Assembly: GCA_900766785.1 (NCBI GenBank)
Contig: CAAFWT010000057.1
Location: 1-40,392, forward strand
Length of the DNA stretch: 40,392 nucleotides
Direction: 5' to 3'
Source of the DNA: an uncultured Paraprevotella sp.
GTDB lineage: Bacteria > Bacteroidota > Bacteroidia > Bacteroidales > Bacteroidaceae
Of this stretch, positions 1 through 6,445 are shown one piece after another. Within the stretch, counting starts at the first letter, position 1. The number at the start of each line of letters is the position of its first letter. A program made the position numbers and the translations under genes. Under the pieces are notes generated by a model that made no database searches, was not told the origin of the DNA, and worked only from the letters and a program-made list of their open reading frames with translations.

Positions 1-120
1 TGCATCCGTCCTTGCAGTGCACTGCATCCTCCACGCTAGTACTAGCAACCTTTCCCGCAAGTACGTGCATCGGTCCCCGCAAGTACGTGCATCCGTCCTT
101 GCAAGTACGTGCGTCTGAGA
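1..120. repeat. Array A: 22-bp-register array of GC-clamped 12-nt palindromes, cut by the left window edge
   Basis: Cores sit at 13-26 (TGCAGTGCACTGCA), 35-46 (GCTAGTACTAGC) and 57-68, 79-90, 101-112 (GCAAGTACGTGC x3). Core starts are spaced 21, 22, 22, 22 bp. The 10-nt linkers are C/T-rich (ATCCGTCCTT, ATCGGTCCCC, AACCTTTCCC). Positions 1-25 are identical to 28436-28460. Confidence 0.85.
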
Positions 121-193
121 TAGGCTTCATTTAGGAATCTTCCCCCATGTTTTTCTACTGAGCCCAGAAAAGGCCAGGGGATGGCTCAGAGCC

Positions 194-232
194 GGGAAAA
201 AAGAAAGGGGCGTATCCTGGATACGTCCCTTT
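194..232 (-). terminator. Intrinsic terminator of the small lipoprotein gene
   Basis: A hairpin at 204-232 (AAAGGGGCGTATCC TG GGATACGTCCCTTT, one mismatch) lies directly after the stop at 259. On the minus strand it is followed by a T-rich run (plus-strand A-run 196-206). Confidence 0.6.
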
Positions 233-258
233 ATGATACCTTTTGGGGTAATTTCTGA

Positions 259-459
259 TTACTCAGCAACTACAGCAGCGGTGTCAGCGGCAGCGGTGTC
301 AGCGGCAGCGGTGTCAGCTACTGTGGTGTCAACCTCAGCTGCAACGCTATCGCAGCATACGCTGTCAGAATCAGCGCAGCAACCCTGCTCTGTCTTGTTA
401 CCACATGATGCGAAAGAAACTGCTACTACAGCTGCGAACACAAATGCAAACTTTTTCAT
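259..459 (-). CDS. Small secreted lipoprotein (66 aa), Cys-rich with an Asp/Ala/Thr repeat tail, function unknown
   Basis: MKKFAFVFAAVVAVSFASC is a signal peptide plus lipobox Cys. The mature part has two CC pairs (GCCADSDSVCCDS) and (ADTAA)x3. It has its own -7 box and terminator. The plus-strand ORF 233-475 is its mirror. Confidence 0.6.
   Translation of the reverse strand: MKKFAFVFAAVVAVSFASCGNKTEQGCCADSDSVCCDSVAAEVDTTVADTAAADTAAADTAAVVAE
276..318. repeat. In-frame 15-bp tandem repeat (2.9 copies) inside the lipoprotein gene
   Basis: CAGCGGTGTCAGCGG is repeated head to tail at 276, 291 and 306. It encodes the AADTA repeats on the minus strand. Confidence 0.9.
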
Positions 460-511
460 TTCTCTTTGCTTTTAAATTTGTAAAACAATCAATTGCTTTT
501 CTAAAACGCTG

Positions 512-519
512 CAAAGGTA
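512..519 (-). promoter_or_regulatory. Bacteroidota -7 promoter box (TACCTTTG) for the lipoprotein gene
   Basis: The minus strand reads TACCTTTG, matching the TAnnTTTG consensus, about 50 nt upstream of the ATG at 459. Confidence 0.45.
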
Positions 520-671
520 CGCACTTTTTCATTATAATGTTCTTGTAAGAGCATCTTTTTTATGAAAATGATTGCACTTTTTTTGTAAGCATCTGATTCT
601 CAGTATGTGTTTTCTTCTCTCCTGATTCTTACTATCTTGTTTTTTCCCCTCTTTTGTTTTATCTTTGCAGC

Positions 672-1997
672 ATGTATGACTTTTCAGGTAAGAAAGCAGC
701 GTATTTTACTCTGGGCTGTAAACTGAACTTTGCAGAGACCAGTACAGTGGGACGTCAGTTGAAGGATGCCGGTGTGGCTACTGTTTCAGATGGCGAGACG
801 GCTGATATATGCATTATCAATACATGCAGTGTGACAGAGGTGGCCGATGCCAAATGTCGTCAGGCCATCAGCAGGATGGTGCGTAACCATCCTGGTGCTT
901 TGGTCATTGTGACGGGATGTTATGCTCAGTTGAAACCAGAGCAGGTGGCTTCGCTGGAAGGCGTGGACCTGGTGCTCGGTTCCGAACAGAAGGGAGACAT
1001 CCTGCATCATATAGCGCAGCGCATAGATATGATGCCCGAGGAAAGGGCTTTGTGTGCGCATGGTCATGAGACCGTACGTACTTCCGACATACACACGTTC
1101 GTACCCAGTTGTTCCTGCGGAGACCGTACCCGTTATTTCCTGAAGGTGCAGGACGGATGCAACTATTATTGTACATACTGTACCATTCCCATGGCGCGTG
1201 GCCGTAGCCGCAACGGCAGTATTGCATCCATGGTACAGCAGGCTGAGGATGTGGTCAGGCAGGGCGGACGTGAGATAGTCATCACAGGGGTGAACATAGG
1301 AGATTTCGGCCGTTCTACAGGCGAATCCTTTATTGACCTGATACGTGCTCTGGATGCTGTGGAGGGAATTTCCCGTTACCGTATCAGCAGCATTGAGCCA
1401 AATCTGCTCACCCACGAGGTTATTGATTTCTGTGCCCAGAGCCGTGCCTTCATGCCCCATTTCCATATTCCTCTGCAGAGCGGTTCTGATGAGGTGCTTC
1501 GCCTCATGCACCGCAGGTATGACACCCGTCTCTTTGCTGATAGGATTGCCTATGTGCGTAGGGCCATGCCAGACGCTTTTATAGGTGTGGATGTGATAGT
1601 GGGCACTCGCGGCGAGACGGAAGAGCTGTTTGCAGAGTCTCTGCAGTTCATGTCGGAGGTGGATGTGAGTCAGTATCATGTGTTCAGCTATAGTGAGCGT
1701 CCGGGGACTCGTGCCTTGCAGATCCATCATGTGGTTTCGCCCGAGGAGAAACATGAGCGCAGCCAGCAGGTCTTGGCTCTGAGCCAGCAGAAGTGGCACG
1801 GCTTTTATGAGCGGTTCAGAGGAACCTCTCGGCCGGTTCTGCTTGAGCACAGTCGACACGATGGTGTGATGCATGGGTTTACAGACAATTATATTCGTGT
1901 TTCTATTCCCTCTCAGGGCATGGACAACCAGATTGTGCAAGTGCAGTTGGGCGACTGGGATGCTGATGGGAATGCTCTTAAAGGTACTGTATTATGA
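672..1997 (+). CDS. mtaB: tRNA methylthiotransferase, MiaB-like MtaB type (radical SAM)
   Basis: N-terminal UPF0004 cysteines are present (LGCKLN, NTCSVT, TGCYAQ), as is the radical-SAM CNYYCTYC motif and a C-terminal TRAM-like region. The first ATG is at 672; the track ORF opens at TTG 654. Confidence 0.85.
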   Translation: MYDFSGKKAAYFTLGCKLNFAETSTVGRQLKDAGVATVSDGETADICIINTCSVTEVADAKCRQAISRMVRNHPGALVIVTGCYAQLKPEQVASLEGVDLVLGSEQKGDILHHIAQRIDMMPEERALCAHGHETVRTSDIHTFVPSCSCGDRTRYFLKVQDGCNYYCTYCTIPMARGRSRNGSIASMVQQAEDVVRQGGREIVITGVNIGDFGRSTGESFIDLIRALDAVEGISRYRISSIEPNLLTHEVIDFCAQSRAFMPHFHIPLQSGSDEVLRLMHRRYDTRLFADRIAYVRRAMPDAFIGVDVIVGTRGETEELFAESLQFMSEVDVSQYHVFSYSERPGTRALQIHHVVSPEEKHERSQQVLALSQQKWHGFYERFRGTSRPVLLEHSRHDGVMHGFTDNYIRVSIPSQGMDNQIVQVQLGDWDADGNALKGTVL

Positions 1998-3022
1998 AGA
2001 TAAGTATTGTCATCCTCAACTGGAACGGCGCTGGGATGCTTCGGCGATTCCTTCCTTCTGTCCTGGAATGCTCTGAGGGTGCCGATGTGATAGTGGCGGA
2101 CAATGGTAGCGAGGATGATTCGCTCCAGGTGTTGGCGCATGACTTCCCTCAAGTGCGAACCATCGTGATGGATCACAATTATGGGTTTGCCGAGGGTTAC
2201 AATGTGGCTCTTCGTCAGGTGGATTCTGATATATATGTATTGTTGAACAGCGATGTGCGTGTCACTCCTGGATGGCTTGACCCCTTGGTAGGGTTTCTGG
2301 AGGCTCATCCCCAGGTGGCTGCAGTCCAGCCCAAGATACGTTGTGAGTGGTCGCCTCAGGACTTTGAGTATGCTGGTGCATCGGGCGGTTTCATTGACAC
2401 ACTGGGTTATCCATATTGCCGGGGACGTCTGATGGGTACGGTGGAGACCGATGGTGGGCAGTATGATGAGCCCATACCTGTCTTTTGGGCCACAGGAGCA
2501 GCGCTTGTTATCCGCAGTGCCGACTATTGGTCGGCGGGTGGGCTTGACGGACGTTTCTTTGCCCATCAGGAAGAGATAGACCTCTGTTGGAGACTCCGAA
2601 GCCGAGGCAGGGGCATCTGGTGTGTGCCCCAGAGCGTGGTCTATCATCTGGGAGGAGGTACGTTGCCTCAGGGAAGTCCGCGCAAGACGTTCCTCAATTT
2701 TCGCAACAATCTGCTTCTGCTCTACAAGAATTTGCCCGAACGCAGGTTGCACACCGTCCTGCGTATACGTTTCTGGCTGGATGCCCTGGCCTCGCTGCAG
2801 ATGTTGCTTACGGGACAGTGGGGCAGTGCAAAGGCAGTGTGGCAGGCACGTCATGAGTTTGCCCGTATCCAGAGAGAGTTCCAGTCCTCCCGTGAGGAGA
2901 ATCTGGCCAAGTCGGTTCTTGATCCCATACCCGAACAGTCGGCATTCAGCCTGCTCTGGCAATACTATGTGTTGCGGCGCAAGACATATAATCTGCTGCC
3001 TGGAACCCACACTGGCCATTAG
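1994..3022 (+). CDS. Family 2 glycosyltransferase
   Basis: MKISIVILNWNG...VADNGSEDDS...NSD... is a typical GT2 (GT-A, DxD-type) N-terminus. An ATGA overlap with the mtaB stop (1994-1997) suggests translational coupling. Confidence 0.85.
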   Translation: MKISIVILNWNGAGMLRRFLPSVLECSEGADVIVADNGSEDDSLQVLAHDFPQVRTIVMDHNYGFAEGYNVALRQVDSDIYVLLNSDVRVTPGWLDPLVGFLEAHPQVAAVQPKIRCEWSPQDFEYAGASGGFIDTLGYPYCRGRLMGTVETDGGQYDEPIPVFWATGAALVIRSADYWSAGGLDGRFFAHQEEIDLCWRLRSRGRGIWCVPQSVVYHLGGGTLPQGSPRKTFLNFRNNLLLLYKNLPERRLHTVLRIRFWLDALASLQMLLTGQWGSAKAVWQARHEFARIQREFQSSREENLAKSVLDPIPEQSAFSLLWQYYVLRRKTYNLLPGTHTGH

Positions 3023-3396
3023 GCCGTAGTCTTACCCCTAAATGCCTGCTATGGCCGTCCCCAAGCGATTACAAGTCATACAGACATGTTGCCCGGGATG
3101 GCCATCTGGGTTTGCCTCTCCCTCATGAGGAATCGCCCCCATCCAGTCTCCTTTTCAGTTTATGTTATTTGACACTGGAGTTTCAAGCGGTTGATACTGG
3201 AGTGTCTTTTAGTTGAAACTGTTTCTGCAACTGATGGACTTTTTTTCGGTATCCGGTTGATGGCGTCGATGTATTCGTCAAGCTCCATCTCTTTTGAGTT
3301 ACTCCGGCCTTTTCCAGAACTGTCTGTATGGCTTCTTCTGATGTGGTCCGATGAAGAAAAGAGGGACAGAGAATTGTGCCTTCGCCGTTTTTTGCA

Positions 3397-3404
3397 TAAA
3401 TTTG
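3397..3404 (+). promoter_or_regulatory. -7 promoter box (TAAATTTG)
   Basis: Matches TAnnTTTG 28 nt upstream of the ATG at 3432. This also argues that the track ORF start at 3351 is not used. Confidence 0.45.
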
Positions 3405-3431
3405 TCTTCTCTACGAAGAAAGAAGAAAAAG

Positions 3432-4484
3432 ATGAGATACTCCTTTATCATACCTGTGTACAACAGGCCAGATGAAACGGACGAACTGCTTGAAAGCCTT
3501 TCGAAGCAGACTTTCCGTGACTTTGAAGTGCTTGTTGTGGAAGATGGGTCCCAGATTACCTGCCAGCAGGTGGTGCAGGCTCATGCTGCCCAGATGCCCA
3601 TCAAATATTTCAGTAAGCCTAACAGTGGACCTGGACAGACGCGCAACTATGGTGCTGAGCGCTCGCAGGGAGAGTACCTGATCTTTCTGGACAGCGATTG
3701 CGTGCTGCCTCCTGAGTATCTGGAGGCTGTGGAGCGGGAGTTGAGCCGGGATAAGTGCGATGCTTTTGGCGGACCAGACCGTTCTCATCCCTCCTTTACA
3801 CCCATACAGAAGGCCATCAGCTACAGCATGACCAGTTTCTTCACCACAGGTGGAATACGTGGGGGGCGCAAGAAACTGGACCGCTTCTATCCCCGATCCT
3901 TCAATATGGGAATACAGGCAAGTCTCTATCGTAGGCTTGGCGGTTTTTCCCAGATGCGGTTTGGAGAGGATATCGATTTGAGTATCCGTATCATACAGAG
4001 CGGAGCTTCCTGCCGTCTCTTTCCTGAGGCATGGGTATGGCATAAGCGTCGCACGGACCTGCGTAAGTTCTTCCGTCAGGTGCACAACAGCGGCATAGCC
4101 CGCATCAATCTCTACAAGAAGTATCCTTCGAGTCTGAAACTGGTGCATCTGCTGCCTGCAGTGTTTACCCTGGGCATGACATTCCTCCTCTTGCTCTTCG
4201 TGGCAGGAATCAGTATGGGCATTTTCCTGCATGCATCGGTATGGGGAGCATGGGGGTACTATACAGCAGGTCTGTCGGTGCTCCTGCCCCTGCTTTATTC
4301 ACTTACCATTATGGTAGACAGCACCCGGCAGAACGGAAGTGTGTGCATAGGACTGCTCAGTGTGGCAGCCAGTTATGTGCAGCTCATAGGCTATGGAACA
4401 GGATTCCTGAGAGCCTGGTGGCTACGCTGTGTGTGTGGATGCAATGAGGAATTGCAGGCTTTTCGTGAGACCTTCTATAAGTGA
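3432..4484 (+). CDS. Family 2 glycosyltransferase with C-terminal membrane domain
   Basis: MRYSFIIPVYNRPDE...VVEDGS...LDSDC is a GT2 core. The last ~110 aa form several hydrophobic helices. Confidence 0.85.
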   Translation: MRYSFIIPVYNRPDETDELLESLSKQTFRDFEVLVVEDGSQITCQQVVQAHAAQMPIKYFSKPNSGPGQTRNYGAERSQGEYLIFLDSDCVLPPEYLEAVERELSRDKCDAFGGPDRSHPSFTPIQKAISYSMTSFFTTGGIRGGRKKLDRFYPRSFNMGIQASLYRRLGGFSQMRFGEDIDLSIRIIQSGASCRLFPEAWVWHKRRTDLRKFFRQVHNSGIARINLYKKYPSSLKLVHLLPAVFTLGMTFLLLLFVAGISMGIFLHASVWGAWGYYTAGLSVLLPLLYSLTIMVDSTRQNGSVCIGLLSVAASYVQLIGYGTGFLRAWWLRCVCGCNEELQAFRETFYK

Positions 4485-4532
4485 CGGAATGCCATGGGAC
4501 TCTCAATTACAAGATAACACGGATACATCCTT

Positions 4533-5222
4533 ATGCATGAGAAACTGAACATCAATCAGCAGCCTGTGGAAGACCGACCCCGTGAGAAACTCATTACTCA
4601 CGGTGCAGATTCGCTCTCCAAAGCCGAGTTGCTTGCCATCCTCATAGGGAGTGGGAATGACAGGGAGACGGCTGTGGAACTCATGCAGAGAGTCCTGGGG
4701 GATTGCCATGACAGCCTGACGGAATTGAGTTGCCAGCCCGCGGATATCCTCCAGTCTTATCGTGGACTCGGACTTGCCAAGGCTGTGACGATACTTGCTG
4801 CCTGTGAACTGGGACGCCGCAGGGCTATGGAACATGCTTCGCAGCAACGCATGGACAATCCTAAGGCCATAGCCGATTATTTCCGTCCGAAACTTCAGGA
4901 CAAGGCTCATGAAGAATGTCATTTGATGTTTCTTCGCAACAATCTCACGTATATGGGTTCGATACGTGTCAGCCAGGGTGGAATCACGAGTTCGGCAGTG
5001 GATGTGCGGCAAGTGCTTCGTGAGGCCATTCTGCGCCAGTGCACAGCCATTGTCTTCTGTCACAATCATCCCAGTGGCACATTGGTGCCAAGCAGGCAGG
5101 ACAAGGAACTTACTCATCGGCTTGTGGAAGCCTGCAAGGCAGTGGACATCGCCCTCATAGACCATGTCATAGTGTCCTCGCAGGGGTACTACAGTTTTTC
5201 TGAGGAAGGAACCCTGTGCTGA
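4533..5222 (+). CDS. radC: RadC-family JAMM/MPN domain protein
   Basis: The N-terminus DRPREKL...LSKAELLAILIGSG and the HNHPSG...PS..D metalloprotease motif near the C-terminus fit RadC. Confidence 0.9.
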   Translation: MHEKLNINQQPVEDRPREKLITHGADSLSKAELLAILIGSGNDRETAVELMQRVLGDCHDSLTELSCQPADILQSYRGLGLAKAVTILAACELGRRRAMEHASQQRMDNPKAIADYFRPKLQDKAHEECHLMFLRNNLTYMGSIRVSQGGITSSAVDVRQVLREAILRQCTAIVFCHNHPSGTLVPSRQDKELTHRLVEACKAVDIALIDHVIVSSQGYYSFSEEGTLC

Positions 5223-5254
5223 TGACACATTATATATAATATATATAGGAGTAG

Positions 5255-5578
5255 ATGGAAAATATGAAACAGACAGATATACAGGAAAAGGTGGTGGAGA
5301 TTCTCCGCACAGTGTTTGATCCGGAGATTCCCGTCAACATCTATGATCTGGGTCTGATATATCGTGTGGAGCTGAACGATGGTGGCAACGAGCTGCAGGT
5401 AGATATGACGCTTACTGCCCCCAACTGTCCTGCTGCAGACTTCATCATTGAGGATGTGCATAGCAAACTCTCGGCCATATCCGGACTGGACAAGGTGGAG
5501 GTCAACCTGGTGTTTGAACCAGAGTGGAACAAGGATATGATGAGCGAAGAGGCTCGTCTGGAACTGGGACTGATGTAG
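5255..5578 (+). CDS. DUF59 (SufT/PaaD-like) Fe-S cluster maturation protein
   Basis: V..L..V.DPEIPVNIYDLGLIY plus TLTAPNCP with the conserved Cys are the DUF59 hallmark. An alternative start lies at 5264. Confidence 0.85.
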   Translation: MENMKQTDIQEKVVEILRTVFDPEIPVNIYDLGLIYRVELNDGGNELQVDMTLTAPNCPAADFIIEDVHSKLSAISGLDKVEVNLVFEPEWNKDMMSEEARLELGLM

Positions 5579-5591
5579 CAAAACGTTGTCT

Positions 5592-6374
5592 ATGAGGAAT
5601 ATTTATTTTATCAGTGATGCCCATCTGGGTAGCCGTGCTCTGCAACATGGGCGGCAGCAGGAACGCCGTCTCGTGCGCTTCCTGGATGACATTAAGGACA
5701 AGGCACAGGCTGTATACATGCTGGGCGACATGTTTGACTTCTGGTTTGAATATCCCACGGTGGTTCCCAGGGGATACACACGTTTTCTGGGGAAGGTGAG
5801 CGAGCTGACGGATAATGGGGTGGAGGTGCATTTCTTCACAGGCAATCATGACATTTGGTGTACCGATTATCTGGAGCAAGAGTGTGGTGTCATCCTGCAT
5901 CGTGAGCCTGTGACGCTGGAACTGGCCGACAAGTTGTTTTATCTGGCACACGGTGACGGACTGGGTGACCCCAACAGGACATTCCGTCTTCTCAGGTACA
6001 TCTTCCACAATAAGGTTTGCCAGGCTCTTTTCCGATGGGTACATCCCACCATCGGCATGAATTTCGGATTGGAATGGGCACGGCATAGCAGACTCAAGCA
6101 TGAACCTTCCCTGCAGCAGGATGCGCATGGTCAGGAATATCTGGGCGAGGAAAAAGAGTGCCTGGTCAGATATGCCAAGGAGTATCTCCAGCTACATCCG
6201 GATGTGAACTATTTCCTCTTCTGTCATCGGCACATCGAACTGGATTTGTATCTCACACGCCAATGCCGCATGCTCATACTGGGCGATTGGATAACCCAAT
6301 GCACCTATGCCGTGTATGACGGAGAGCAACTGTATCTGGAGAATTACGTGGAGGGAGAATCTTGCATGCGATAG
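5592..6374 (+). CDS. lpxH: UDP-2,3-diacylglucosamine diphosphatase
   Basis: Calcineurin-like motifs are present: FISDAHLG, LGDMFDFW, GNHD, GH. Length and order match LpxH. The ATG at 5592 is preferred to the TTG at 5586. Confidence 0.85.
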   Translation: MRNIYFISDAHLGSRALQHGRQQERRLVRFLDDIKDKAQAVYMLGDMFDFWFEYPTVVPRGYTRFLGKVSELTDNGVEVHFFTGNHDIWCTDYLEQECGVILHREPVTLELADKLFYLAHGDGLGDPNRTFRLLRYIFHNKVCQALFRWVHPTIGMNFGLEWARHSRLKHEPSLQQDAHGQEYLGEEKECLVRYAKEYLQLHPDVNYFLFCHRHIELDLYLTRQCRMLILGDWITQCTYAVYDGEQLYLENYVEGESCMR

Positions 6375-6445
6375 AAGGCTGGAACCGTGCTCAAATGCAT
6401 AAATACAAATAACACATATAATTAACAAAAAAGAACAAAATCGAC

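Noticed and set aside
1-120. Interpreting the three palindrome arrays (1-120, 24466-24521, 28405-28460) as CRISPR arrays.
   Set aside because: The repeats are only 12 nt and the 'spacers' only 10 nt and similar to one another. There are 3-6 units, and no cas genes or leader. The geometry is wrong for CRISPR.
660-667. A TATCTTTG (TAnnTTTG) match just upstream of mtaB as its promoter.
   Set aside because: The G of the box is only 5 nt from the ATG at 672, so the predicted transcription start would fall inside or after the start codon. The real promoter is probably further upstream.
786-1940. Long antisense ORFs opposite well-supported genes (786-1940, 1913-3019, 3411-4232, 6458-8137, 23225-24118, 25250-26239, 33337-34668, 18276-19055 and 19572-20300).
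   Set aside because: Each lies fully inside a gene whose product has clear family motifs on the other strand. Their translations are low-complexity and rich in His/Cys/Arg, with no recognisable domains. They are shadow ORFs.
259-1997. A Cys-rich small peptide next to a radical-SAM enzyme, read as a RiPP precursor/maturase pair.
   Set aside because: The radical-SAM protein has the full MtaB/MiaB methylthiotransferase architecture (UPF0004 Cys triad, CxxxCxxC, TRAM-like end) and is translationally coupled to a GT2 gene. The small gene is divergently transcribed and carries a lipoprotein signal. Adjacency is most simply coincidental.
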